From assembly GCA_001778495.1 (NCBI GenBank), contig MFHE01000014.1, positions 8,409 through 72,408 of the forward strand: a DNA stretch of 64,000 bases. Direction: 5' to 3'. Below are positions 19,753-28,388 of this stretch, piece after piece (the first letter of the stretch is position 1; each line of letters begins with the position of its first letter). The notes under the pieces are model-generated. The model was not told where the DNA came from. It made no database searches and worked only from the letters and a program-made list of their open reading frames with translations. This stretch comes from Candidatus Giovannonibacteria bacterium RIFCSPHIGHO2_01_FULL_45_24. Its GTDB lineage: Bacteria; Patescibacteriota; Minisyncoccia; UBA11713; 2-01-FULL-45-33. The translations under genes were made by a program, and so were the position numbers.

Positions 19753-20667
19753 TCATTCAGCGTTTATCCTAGCCACAAGACTCGCAAATCCTAGCTCCTC
19801 AAAAAGGGCTTTTAATTTTGATTTATTTACTTGAAAATTGGAAATTGGAAATCGGAAATTAACCGGCGCATCTCGGCGGATTGTGGCCAGTGTCTTTGAA
19901 AAAAACGCGTCTTTTTTATGCTCCTTCAGCAACTGGACTGTTTTTTCTTTTAAACCACCAACGGCCACGCCGGCCGCGTTGGCGGGGCTGCCCTCTTCTA
20001 ATTTTTGATACAAATTTTCCAGCGTGCCGAAATTTTTAATAATCTCCGTAGCGATTTTTTCGCCAATTCCTTTAACGCCCACGATGTTATCCGACGGGTC
20101 ACCCCTTAATCCCTTAAAATCAGGCAGCATCCCCGGGCCGAAGCCGTATCTTTCTTCAACTTTCTTTTCGTCATAAATCACCGTATCTTCAATCCCTTTT
20201 CGCAAAGTAAAGACAACAACTCTGTCCCCATCCACTAGCTGCAAAACGTCCATATCGCCGGAGACGATAATTGTTTTCAATCCGCCAGTTGGCGGATTTC
20301 GGCGAAGCGCCTCGACAATCGTCCCCAAAACATCGTCCGCTTCAAACCCCGGGGCGTCTAAAATCGGGATGCCGAAAGCTTCAACAATGTCTCTGGCGCG
20401 AATAAGCTGCTTCACCAAATCTTCTTCCGCCTCCGGCCGCTTGGCTTTGTAGCCGTCGTAAGTGTCGTGCCGAAAGGTCGGCTCCGGCCTGTCAAAAGCC
20501 GCGACAATATAATCGGGTTTCAGTTCGCGGATAATTTTGAGCAGCATCGCGGACAATCCATATAGCGCCCCGGTCGGCTCGCCGGTATTTTTTGACGTGA
20601 ATTTCGGCAACGCGTGATACGCGCGGTGAATCAAGGCGTGAGTATCTAATAAAACAAGGGTTTTCAT
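19753..20667 (-). CDS. Stand-alone 5'-3' exonuclease (Pol I N-terminal / FEN family)
   Basis: 304 aa. LLDTHALIHRAYHAL, EADDVLGT, DNIVGVKGIGEK. Confidence 0.88.
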   Translation of the reverse strand: MKTLVLLDTHALIHRAYHALPKFTSKNTGEPTGALYGLSAMLLKIIRELKPDYIVAAFDRPEPTFRHDTYDGYKAKRPEAEEDLVKQLIRARDIVEAFGIPILDAPGFEADDVLGTIVEALRRNPPTGGLKTIIVSGDMDVLQLVDGDRVVVFTLRKGIEDTVIYDEKKVEERYGFGPGMLPDFKGLRGDPSDNIVGVKGIGEKIATEIIKNFGTLENLYQKLEEGSPANAAGVAVGGLKEKTVQLLKEHKKDAFFSKTLATIRRDAPVNFRFPISNFQVNKSKLKALFEELGFASLVARINAE

Positions 20668-21119
20668 GAAAATATTTTTATCAGCCGGCGTTGATGATGT
20701 CCAATATGCTTAAATATTATCCTCAACGAACCTTTCGGCAAAATATTTTTTATTTTATTCCCCCATTCCACCAAAGTTATATTATTTTGGGTTTTCATAA
20801 AACTTTTCCAGCCGAAAGTTTTGAAATCTTTTGATTTTAAACGATAGGCGTCCACATGAATGAAATTCTTAAAATTAGATTTTTTGTTTATTTTATAAAT
20901 CTTTAATATAACAAACGTTGGGCTTTGGATCCGTTCTTTAATTCCCAATCCTCTTGCGAATCCCTGCGTGAAAGTTGTTTTGCCGGAGCCAAGCTCGCCC
21001 TCCAAACTTATTACTAAAGCGTGTTTCGCTTTTTTTTCTTTTAAAATTTCGCCAGCGAGCAAAAATCCGATGTTTTTCGTTGCTTTGCCGTTTCTAGTTA
21101 AAACTTCTAGAGATTTCAT
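20664..21119 (-). CDS. tsaE: tRNA t6A biosynthesis ATPase TsaE
   Basis: GELGSGKTTF P-loop, SPTF, HVDAYRL and VEWG motifs. I place the start at MKSLEV (21119). The upstream part of track ORF 20664..21308 is non-coding-looking. Confidence 0.85.
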   Translation of the reverse strand: MKSLEVLTRNGKATKNIGFLLAGEILKEKKAKHALVISLEGELGSGKTTFTQGFARGLGIKERIQSPTFVILKIYKINKKSNFKNFIHVDAYRLKSKDFKTFGWKSFMKTQNNITLVEWGNKIKNILPKGSLRIIFKHIGHHQRRLIKIFS

Positions 21120-21139
21120 GACTGTATTATAGCAAAAAT

Positions 21140-21167
21140 TTAGGGGCATCCGTCTGGATGCCCCTAA
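21140..21167 (-). terminator. Hairpin TTAGGGGCATCC-GTCT-GGATGCCCCTAA downstream of 21185..21610
   Basis: Perfect 12-bp stem with a 4-nt loop, read directly. It lies between two minus-strand genes. Confidence 0.6.
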
Positions 21168-21184
21168 GAGCCGTTTCTGCTGGC

Positions 21185-21610
21185 TTATTCTGCGTCCGAA
21201 GCTGGCGGTGGCGATTCTGCCGGTGCTGGGGCCGGGTTTTTTGGCGCGGTGGAAAAATCCACCGTTTCCTCCCCGCACCCTAAAATACTCAAGATGCCGA
21301 ACAAACAAATCAGCCCTCCGCCCCTTTTTACCACTTTCAGCGTCGTCCCGGGCGCGGGATTCACAATGGTCGTCCCGCCTCTGGCATAAACGCTGTCGGC
21401 GTAAGGCGAATATGGAGAATAATCATGGCGCCCGTCGTAATAACGGTCACCAGCCCAACGTCCCCGCAAGTCGTAAGGGGCATACCGGCAGTGCGGCGTA
21501 TCACACCGCAACCCGACCCCCTGCGCCTCCGCAGGCATTGGCGCCCCGAAAGCCAAAAGCCAAAGCAACGAGAGCAGAAAAACCAAAGTCAGAAACAGCG
21601 ATTTTTTCAT
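21185..21610 (-). CDS. Secreted Tyr/Arg/Pro-rich hypothetical protein with a C-terminal hydrophobic segment
   Basis: Signal peptide MKKSLFLTLVFLLSLLWLLAFGAPMPAEA, starting from the internal Met (21610). Sits in a GC-richer stretch. No family recognised. Confidence 0.55.
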   Translation of the reverse strand: MKKSLFLTLVFLLSLLWLLAFGAPMPAEAQGVGLRCDTPHCRYAPYDLRGRWAGDRYYDGRHDYSPYSPYADSVYARGGTTIVNPAPGTTLKVVKRGGGLICLFGILSILGCGEETVDFSTAPKNPAPAPAESPPPASDAE

Positions 21611-21732
21611 AGTCCTATCCTCCCTGCTCCTAATTATACTCTTTCCAGCGTAAAAGTCAAGCCAGTTATCCACCTTGCTCGCCGGCGGGCGGGTTGCTTA
21701 AAAATTGCTCTCCGTGCTAGGAATTAATCATT

Positions 21733-22746
21733 ATGTCCGAAGCCGCGGAAAAATTTAAAGAGATTGTCCAGAAAGCCGACTCAATCGCAGTAAGCGTGGC
21801 TCCCGCAAACAAAGAACTTAATTTGCCGGACAATAAAAAGTTGCTCGCTGGCTCAATACTCCACAAGTTTTTTTTGCTGCTCGGCAAAAAATCTGCGCTA
21901 AACGAAACCGCCCCCGAAGAAAACGTGCTGATACGGCTGGACACCAAAAAACTTCCCATCTCGGAGCTTAAATACGAAAGAGACGGAGACGAACTTAAAA
22001 TTATCCTCAAAAGCGCGGAAAAATCTCCCGACATAAGCCATGTTTCGGTAAGCAAAGAAGTTGCGCCGGCGGATCTTCTGGTGCTCATAGACCCGCCGGA
22101 GGATGAAATTCCCGGACTCCTTGAGAAAACGGCGCACCGCGACGTGGTAAAACTGACGGCCAAAGAAAAACATCTTGCCGCAAAGCTCGCGGAGCTTCTG
22201 GAAATATTTGATAAAAAGTTTCTGGAAGAAGCCAAAGAAGATTTATGGATGCTGCTCTCCTCCGAAGAAAAGGCGCTTGTGGCCCCTTCACAAAACGGGT
22301 ATCTGCTCTTGCAAAAACTGCTGGAGCTCGGGCTTGACGAGGAAAAAGCGAAAAAAGCGCGGCTGGAGAAAAAATCGGCATTTTGGAAACTTCTGGGCCG
22401 GGCGCTTGCCAGAAGCGAGTACGAAGAAAATATCGGAACAGCGTGGTCTTTTCTGCCGAAAGCGGATTTTCAGAAAACCGGCGCCGGTCAGGACGCCATT
22501 TTGGAAATATTTGAAGAATTCCGGGCGGAGATGGCCGGCGCCGGTTTTTGGGCGCTCTTGTGGGAAACCTCTTCGGAGCCGAAAAAAATATCGGCAGTTA
22601 TTTCGTCGGCCGACCATGCAAAACTCGCGCCGCTGGCGGGGCTTTTTGGAGTTTCTGCGGCGTCATCGTATTTTTTTGCGAACGGCTTTTCGGCTTTCTC
22701 CGAAGCCGAAATTAAAATACGCGGCCACATAAAGAAAGTTCTTTGA
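21733..22746 (+). CDS. Hypothetical 337-aa cytoplasmic protein upstream of the PilB-like ATPase
   Basis: K/E/L-rich, coding-like composition. The opposite-strand ORFs here are Ser/Arg-rich mirrors. The architecture vaguely recalls degenerate DHH/NrnA proteins, but I see no catalytic motifs. Confidence 0.6.
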   Translation: MSEAAEKFKEIVQKADSIAVSVAPANKELNLPDNKKLLAGSILHKFFLLLGKKSALNETAPEENVLIRLDTKKLPISELKYERDGDELKIILKSAEKSPDISHVSVSKEVAPADLLVLIDPPEDEIPGLLEKTAHRDVVKLTAKEKHLAAKLAELLEIFDKKFLEEAKEDLWMLLSSEEKALVAPSQNGYLLLQKLLELGLDEEKAKKARLEKKSAFWKLLGRALARSEYEENIGTAWSFLPKADFQKTGAGQDAILEIFEEFRAEMAGAGFWALLWETSSEPKKISAVISSADHAKLAPLAGLFGVSAASSYFFANGFSAFSEAEIKIRGHIKKVL

Positions 22747-22771
22747 TATCTTATTGGTGTGGGGGTAAAAT
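22743..22771 (+). promoter_or_regulatory. Sigma-70-like promoter for pilB (TTGATA-17 nt-TAAAAT), ATG 7 nt after the -10
   Basis: Read directly. The spacer and -10 contain the 16-mer TTGGTGTGGGGGTAAA, which also precedes ORF 3076..3462. Confidence 0.5.
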
Positions 22772-22777
22772 TGAAGA

Positions 22778-24433
22778 ATGCCCAAAGATGACACCATTTC
22801 CGAGCTCCGAAAAAAAGAAGAGGAAGATTTGGCGCGGATTTTGGCGCAAAAACACGGACTTACTTATCTTGACCTCTCGCGCATCACAATTGATTTGGAT
22901 TCGCTCAAGATAATTCCTGAAGAGACCGCGCGGGCGAATTCCATGGCCGCGATACAAAGCGTCGGGAAAAAACTGCAGGTTGCACTGACGAACCCGGAGC
23001 GGCCGGCGGTTAAAGAAGTTTTGGAAAATCTTAAAGCGAAAAAATACGAACCGCAGCTTTTTCTAGTTTCCCCCTCCGGCCTGGAAAAAGCTTTGTCCAA
23101 ATACAAAGAGATTCCGCGTTTTGAGGAAATCAAAGCCGGGATTATAGACGTCTCCTCCGACAAGCTTGCGGCTTTCGCCGAAGCCGCCGGGTCTTTTGAA
23201 AAATTCAAAGAGGCCGTCTCTGCCATGGCGCGCGAAAAAGAAGCGAAAAAGGCCTCCGACGCGCTTGAGCTGATTCTGGCGGGAGCGCTGGGAGTTGAAG
23301 CGTCGGACGTGCATATGGAACCGTCGGAGCAAAGCGCCAAAATAAGATTGCGGACGGACGGGGTTTTGCAGGACGCAGCCGAGATACCGCTCCCGCTTTT
23401 TCTGCTGCTGCTCTCCCGGATAAAACTTATATCGGAGCTCAAGCTCAATATCCACGACAAGCCGCAGGACGGCAGGTTCACCATAAAAACCCAAAAAGAA
23501 GACATAGAAGTCAGAACCTCCGTGCTGCCGGGCCCTTACGGAGAATCCGTAGTCATGCGGCTTCTCCTGCCCAAAACCATTTCCATAACTTTTGATGGAC
23601 TCGGCATGCAGCCGCCGGTTTATAAAATGATGAAGGAGGAGCTTGTCCGCCCCAACGGAATGATTCTTACGACCGGCCCCACCGGCTCCGGCAAAACCAC
23701 GACTCTTTACTCTTTTTTAAAAACCATCGCTTCGCCGGAAGTAAAAGTGATAACGATAGAAGACCCGATTGAATACCATCTGCCTAACATCACCCAGACG
23801 CAAGTAGAGCCGCCCAAAGGATACGACTTCGGCAACGGCCTCCGCTCAATTTTGCGGCAGGACCCGGACATCATACTGGTCGGGGAAATCCGTGACCTGG
23901 AAACCGCGGAAATCGCCATGCACGCGGCGCTCACGGGGCATCTGGTTTTCTCCACCCTCCATACTAACGACGCCGCCGGGACAATCCCCCGGCTTATAGA
24001 TTTGGGGGTTAAAACGAACATAATCTCGCCGGCGCTGAATTTGGTCATAGCCCAGCGCCTCGTGAGAATATTATGCAAAGAATGCAAAGCGCGGGTTTCT
24101 CCGTCGGGCAAGGAAAAAAAGGCGATTTCAAAAACCATCTCCGAGCTCCCGCCGGCTTACAAGCGCGAAGTGCCGGCGAATTTCAAAATATGGAAAGCCA
24201 CCGGCTGCGCGGCCTGCAACGGCACCGGGTTCAGGGGAAGAATCGGCATCTTTGAAGCATTTCTTATTGATAACGAAATGGAACGGCTGATAATCAAAAA
24301 CCCGCCGAAGGCGGACATTGAAGAAGCGGCGAAAAAACAAGGCATGGCGACAATGTATCAAGACGGCGCGCTGAAAGTTCTGGACGGGATTACGTCCTTT
24401 GAAGAATTAAACAGGGTTGTTTCTGAAGAGTAG
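22778..24433 (+). CDS. pilB: GspE/PilB-family secretion or type IV pilus assembly ATPase
   Basis: 551 aa. Walker A GPTGSGKTTT, Walker B ILVGEIRD, His box TGHLVFSTLHTND, and tetracysteine CKEC...CAAC. Confidence 0.92.
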   Translation: MPKDDTISELRKKEEEDLARILAQKHGLTYLDLSRITIDLDSLKIIPEETARANSMAAIQSVGKKLQVALTNPERPAVKEVLENLKAKKYEPQLFLVSPSGLEKALSKYKEIPRFEEIKAGIIDVSSDKLAAFAEAAGSFEKFKEAVSAMAREKEAKKASDALELILAGALGVEASDVHMEPSEQSAKIRLRTDGVLQDAAEIPLPLFLLLLSRIKLISELKLNIHDKPQDGRFTIKTQKEDIEVRTSVLPGPYGESVVMRLLLPKTISITFDGLGMQPPVYKMMKEELVRPNGMILTTGPTGSGKTTTLYSFLKTIASPEVKVITIEDPIEYHLPNITQTQVEPPKGYDFGNGLRSILRQDPDIILVGEIRDLETAEIAMHAALTGHLVFSTLHTNDAAGTIPRLIDLGVKTNIISPALNLVIAQRLVRILCKECKARVSPSGKEKKAISKTISELPPAYKREVPANFKIWKATGCAACNGTGFRGRIGIFEAFLIDNEMERLIIKNPPKADIEEAAKKQGMATMYQDGALKVLDGITSFEELNRVVSEE

Positions 24434-24592
24434 TCTCTAGGCAATTGCTCTTCCATGGGTAGATAGAGCTTAGATTTTCTCCGAGGAGTGGCGCCGCGTC
24501 TCTTGCCTAAAACAAGGCGCCGAGCCATCCTAGAGCTAAGAGATAAATCCGCTTTCCCTCGCGTAGCGAGGGAAAATCGCCTAGAGACTACT
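24429..24592. ncRNA. Candidate structured RNA or element of 164 nt closed by a 14-bp stem
   Basis: AGTAGTCTCTAGGC (24429-24442) pairs with GCCTAGAGACTACT (24579-24592). Inside are two hairpins (24490-24521 and 24554-24574). Each is preceded by a copy of a ~20-nt direct repeat, CCAT..TAG..AGAGCT.AGA (24453-24474 and 24525-24543). Confidence 0.4.
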
Positions 24593-24647
24593 TTCCGGAA
24601 ACACAACTTTTTATAAGTTTGTCCAATTATAGCAAATAAAATAGCAT

Positions 24648-25679
24648 ATGTCAAGTGCAGACCAAAACACCGAATTGTCCCCAAAAAAGAAGAACGAAGA
24701 CCTGTCTTTGGACATGGCCTTGCGGCCGAAATCGTTTGGAGAATACGTGGGGCAGGAAAATATCAAAAAAAACCTGAAAATTTTAATTGAGGCCGCAAAA
24801 AAGCGCGGCGAGCCGTTGGAGCACCTTCTTTTTTACGGCCCGGCAGGGCTTGGCAAAACGACACTCGCCCATCTCATAGCCAAGGAAACGGCGAGCCAGA
24901 TTAAAATCACCTCGGGGCCGGCCGTGGAGAAGGTCGGAGACCTGGCTTCAATTCTAACCAATCTTTCGCCGGGAGACATCCTATTTATAGACGAAGCGCA
25001 CCGTTTAAACAAATTAATAGAAGAAATTTTGTATCCGGCGATGGAAAATAGGTCCCTGGACATAATAATAGGAAAGGGCCCCTCGGCGCGGACAATACAA
25101 TTGGAACTGCCTTCATTTACTTTAATAGCCGCGACTACCAGAATCGCTTTACTTTCCTCGCCTCTCCGCTCCCGTTTTTCTGGCGGCTCTTTTCGGCTGG
25201 ACTTTTACGACCAGCCCGACATAGAAAAGATAATCAAGCGGAGCGCGGGGATTTTAGGCGTCCGAATTGAACCGGAAGCGATACCTCTTATCGCCTCGCG
25301 CTCGCGATTTACCCCCAGGATTGCCAACCGCCTTTTAAAACGAGCGCGGGACTTCGCGGAGGTGAAAAGCGACGGCATGGTGACATCGGCTCTGGCGGAA
25401 GAGGCGCTAAAACTTTTGGAAATTGACGAGCTCGGCTTGGAAGCGGTGGACAGAAAAATTTTGGATACCATTATTAAAAAATTTGCCGGCGGACCGGTAG
25501 GCCTCGGCACCGTTTCCGCTTCCATTATGGAAGAAGAGGATACGATAGAAGAAATCTACGAGCCATATCTGATGCAGTTGGGCTTTTTGGAGCGCACCCC
25601 GCGCGGGCGCTGCGCCACCGCAAGGGCATATGAGCATTTGGGACTTATCGCGCCGCAGAACCAGCAAAAGCTAATCTAG
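24648..25679 (+). CDS. ruvB: Holliday junction DNA helicase RuvB
   Basis: 343 aa. [32 protein letters not shown]. Confidence 0.96.
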   Translation: MSSADQNTELSPKKKNEDLSLDMALRPKSFGEYVGQENIKKNLKILIEAAKKRGEPLEHLLFYGPAGLGKTTLAHLIAKETASQIKITSGPAVEKVGDLASILTNLSPGDILFIDEAHRLNKLIEEILYPAMENRSLDIIIGKGPSARTIQLELPSFTLIAATTRIALLSSPLRSRFSGGSFRLDFYDQPDIEKIIKRSAGILGVRIEPEAIPLIASRSRFTPRIANRLLKRARDFAEVKSDGMVTSALAEEALKLLEIDELGLEAVDRKILDTIIKKFAGGPVGLGTVSASIMEEEDTIEEIYEPYLMQLGFLERTPRGRCATARAYEHLGLIAPQNQQKLI

Positions 25680-25707
25680 TTGACATCAAGTTTATCCTAA
25701 GATAAAC

Positions 25708-25971
25708 TTGAAACATATGGCAAACGCGCCCATCATAGGCTTAAAAGACCTAAGGGAAAACATGGAAGAATACATAAACAAGGTCAAGCGGGGCAGGGAG
25801 TTTACCGTTATCCGCAAATCGGAGCCGGTTTTCAAAATAACGCCGGTAGATATGTGGGGAGACGATGGAGTATGGGAAATCATAGCAGACTTTCGTGAAC
25901 TTAACGAAAAAGGAACCCCGGCGCGGGATGTGTTGCGAGCTCTCCAGAAAAATAATGGATCGCATCGCTAA
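25708..25971 (+). CDS. Type II antitoxin, Phd/YefM-like
   Basis: 87 aa. The N-terminus IGLKDLRENMEEYINKVKRGREFTVIRKSEPVFKI fits the Phd/YefM pattern. It overlaps the toxin start by 17 nt. Confidence 0.65.
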   Translation: MKHMANAPIIGLKDLRENMEEYINKVKRGREFTVIRKSEPVFKITPVDMWGDDGVWEIIADFRELNEKGTPARDVLRALQKNNGSHR

Positions 25972-26191
25972 ATCTTTAAACAAACTTCTTCCAAAAGAGA
26001 GAGATGCGCTCAAAAATATTATCTCCAAAGTTTTGGCGCATGACTTTTCGGGGCTAGACGTCAAAAAACTCAAGGGTGGAGAAAATAAATTCCGTGTCCG
26101 CAAAGGACGCGTTCGCGTAATCTTCAGAAAAGACGGCGATAAAATTTCTATTCTCTCCATCGAACGCCGCAGCGATACTACATATAAATAA
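25955..26191 (+). CDS. Type II toxin, RelE/ParE family
   Basis: KKLKGGENKFRVRKGRVRVIFRKDGDKISILSIERRSDTTY is the classic RelE/ParE C-terminal pattern. I place the start at the internal ATG 25955. Confidence 0.7.
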   Translation: MDRIAKSLNKLLPKERDALKNIISKVLAHDFSGLDVKKLKGGENKFRVRKGRVRVIFRKDGDKISILSIERRSDTTYK

Positions 26192-26197
26192 AAAAGT

Positions 26198-26226
26198 GCC
26201 ACTTAGACGTCCGACGTCTAAGTGGC
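26198..26226. repeat. Palindromic hairpin repeat, copy 2 (GCCACTTAGACGT-CCG-ACGTCTAAGTGGC)
   Basis: Perfect 13-bp arms between convergent genes. A T-run follows on the minus strand (CTTTTTATTT), so it could terminate 26234..26488. Confidence 0.95.
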
Positions 26227-26233
26227 TAGAAGG

Positions 26234-26488
26234 TCATTCGAGCTGGTCTTTTTGAAAATAACAGGAAATCTCTACAAAAATCCAGGAGAGAAATACGGAG
26301 GGCAGCATTATTACAAAAACAAACAGCAGTACCCTGAAGTCAACGATCTCTTTTGTTAACAAGCCCAAATTGCCACTGCCGATATTAATGTGGCCAGCAT
26401 ATCCTTGCATCCAATCTGGATATTTTGTAAAAAAATATAGCAAATCCATCAAAAGCAAAAAACACGGCAATCCGAGTCTCTTAATCAT
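26234..26488 (-). CDS. Small membrane protein (84 aa), hypothetical
   Basis: Two hydrophobic segments. No family recognised. Confidence 0.4.
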   Translation of the reverse strand: MIKRLGLPCFLLLMDLLYFFTKYPDWMQGYAGHINIGSGNLGLLTKEIVDFRVLLFVFVIMLPSVFLSWIFVEISCYFQKDQLE

Positions 26489-26575
26489 AAAGGCCTCCTT
26501 CTATTTTACATGATACTCATTTAGTATATTTTGTCAAGTCTGATTTTAAGGACCGCGAAATGTTAATATCAAACT

Positions 26576-26776
26576 ATGAGTTTTATTGTGGCGCTGGTTT
26601 TGTATGCTTTGTTTCTCGCCGTTTATTGGTTTTTTGTGCTTTCAATTTTGTGGCATGTCCGGGAATATGCCATGCCGCAGGATTCTTCCCGCTTGGTCAT
26701 CTGGGTTTTTTTGGGAATAATAGTTTTTTTGAATACGGTGTCCCTCGCATTATTTTTTAGCTTGCCGCTGACATGA
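26576..26776 (+). CDS. Small two-TM membrane protein (66 aa), hypothetical
   Basis: Its stop overlaps the start of the next gene (ATGA at 26773), which suggests translational coupling. Confidence 0.5.
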   Translation: MSFIVALVLYALFLAVYWFFVLSILWHVREYAMPQDSSRLVIWVFLGIIVFLNTVSLALFFSLPLT

Positions 26777-27279
26777 TTCATCTTTCCCAAAACGAAAAAG
26801 TTTTAATGGTTTTGCACCGCCACTGGATAGTAATCGTCCTGAAATTTCTCATCGGCGTCATTTTGCTGACTTTGCCGGCCGTTGCGGCCCCATTTTTCCC
26901 CGCCGCCGAGACGGCGAGCGGGATTTCACAGGTAGCTCTCTGGTTTTTCGCCTTGATTTATCTGCTCGCAATCATGGTTATAATGTTCTTTTTTTGGATT
27001 GATTATTACCTGGATATCTGGATAATAACCTCGGAAAGAATCGTGGATATAAATCAAAAAGGTCTTTTCAATCGGGACGTTTCGGAATTCATGCTGGACA
27101 AAGTTCAGGACATCACGATAGAAATCCCCAATATGGCCGCGTCTTTGTTAAGGTACGGCAATATAATAATCCAAACAGCCGGCGAGAGGTCTTTCGCCAT
27201 AAAACAGGTCCCGCGAATATACGAAGCAAAAAACCTAATACTGGACTACACAAAAAAACAAAATGTCGGGGCACTCTAA
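26773..27279 (+). CDS. Membrane protein with a bacterial PH (YdbS/YdbT-like, DUF304) domain
   Basis: Two TM segments, then WIITSERIVDINQKGLF...DITIEIPN...GNIIIQTAGE. Confidence 0.65.
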   Translation: MIHLSQNEKVLMVLHRHWIVIVLKFLIGVILLTLPAVAAPFFPAAETASGISQVALWFFALIYLLAIMVIMFFFWIDYYLDIWIITSERIVDINQKGLFNRDVSEFMLDKVQDITIEIPNMAASLLRYGNIIIQTAGERSFAIKQVPRIYEAKNLILDYTKKQNVGAL

Positions 27280-27829
27280 ATGGGCGCAGATAAAATACAA
27301 AAAGGCGGCCACGGACGCGAAGCGCGGAAAAATTTTCTCAAAATTCTCGCGGCTGATAACCATTACCGCCAAGGAGCTGGGGCCGGACCCAAAAACCAAC
27401 TCCCGGCTTGCAGCCGCGATAGAAGAGGCGAGAAAAGCCAATATGCCCTCGGATAACATTGACCGAGCGATTAAAAAAGCATCCGCCAAAGACGGCGCAG
27501 AACCAAAAGAGGTCGTCTACGAGGCCTATGGTCCAGGCGGCTCCGCCATCATTATCACCGCAGTCACTGACAACCCCAACCGCACCACAAACGAGATCAA
27601 ATACATTCTTTCCGAACACGACGCGAAATTGGGTGTTAAGGGCTCCGCAGTGTGGGCTTTTGACCGCGCCGAAAGTCCTACGGACATTCAGGCGGGCAAG
27701 CAAGCTTTCGCGGCAAAATTTCCGCAGTCGCTTTCTCCGGAGGACTCCAAAAAATTTGAAGCGCTTCTGGAAGCCCTCTCCGACCACGACGACGTGCAGG
27801 AGGTTTATTCTAACGCAGAGGTAAAATGA
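27263..27829 (+). CDS. YebC/PmpR family DNA-binding regulator (short form, 188 aa)
   Basis: MSGHSKWAQIKYKKAATDAKRGKIFSK and a C-terminal DDVQEVYSN. Confidence 0.88.
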   Translation: MSGHSKWAQIKYKKAATDAKRGKIFSKFSRLITITAKELGPDPKTNSRLAAAIEEARKANMPSDNIDRAIKKASAKDGAEPKEVVYEAYGPGGSAIIITAVTDNPNRTTNEIKYILSEHDAKLGVKGSAVWAFDRAESPTDIQAGKQAFAAKFPQSLSPEDSKKFEALLEALSDHDDVQEVYSNAEVK

Positions 27830-28302
27830 AAATTTTAGGGATTGACCCGGGTATTGAGCGCCTCGGCTGGGGAATTGTTGAAAAGAATGGCAGTGAATTC
27901 AAGAGGGTTGCGTCTGGAGTAAAAAAAACGCTGAAAACTCAAAAAGAGGCCGAGCGGCTTTGGGAGATTTTTGAGTTTTTGGACGAATTGATTAAAAAAA
28001 CCAAGCCGGACGCGGTTTCCACGGAAAAACTATTTTTCGCCAAAAATGTAAAAACCGCTCTTGTAATCGGCGAGGTGAGAGGCGTGATATTAGCAGTCGC
28101 CCAAAAGCACGGCCTACCAGTAAGCGAATTCGCCCCGCTGGAGGTGAAAATGGCCGTCTGTGGATACGGCCGCGCCGGCAAGGAAAGCGTGGCCTCCATG
28201 CTCAAACTTTCCATGAACTTGCCTAAAACTAAACCATTAGACGATGAAACCGACGCCTTGGCAATGGCCCTTACCGCGCTGGTAAGGAGCCGTTTTCCAT
28301 AA
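27826..28302 (+). CDS. ruvC: Crossover junction endodeoxyribonuclease RuvC
   Basis: 158 aa. ILGIDPGIERLGWGI, E in STEKLFF, DDETDALAMAL. Confidence 0.9.
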   Translation: MKILGIDPGIERLGWGIVEKNGSEFKRVASGVKKTLKTQKEAERLWEIFEFLDELIKKTKPDAVSTEKLFFAKNVKTALVIGEVRGVILAVAQKHGLPVSEFAPLEVKMAVCGYGRAGKESVASMLKLSMNLPKTKPLDDETDALAMALTALVRSRFP

Positions 28303-28388
28303 CTTATCCACAAGCTCCATTTGCAGCAGATTTTAAACTTTTCTATGCTGTGAAAGATAAGATTAAAAGGGCGTAAAATTTTTAAAAC

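Noticed and set aside
21717-22732. Minus-strand 172-aa Ser-rich ORF and other overlapping frames (21898..22173, 22085..22381, 22175..22732, 22288..22617)
   Set aside because: The 337-aa plus-strand frame has a normal protein-like composition and is co-oriented with pilB. The others are Ser/Arg/Phe-rich shadows.
24358-24684. 108-aa minus-strand ORF spanning the pilB-ruvB spacer
   Set aside because: It overlaps both the pilB 3' end and the ruvB 5' end, and it covers the inverted-repeat element. Its Arg-rich composition argues against coding.
28304-28312. Perfect DnaA box TTATCCACA just after ruvC, considered as an origin marker
   Set aside because: It is a single isolated box with no AT-rich unwinding region or clustered partners. 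The dnaA-flanking spacers are better oriC candidates.
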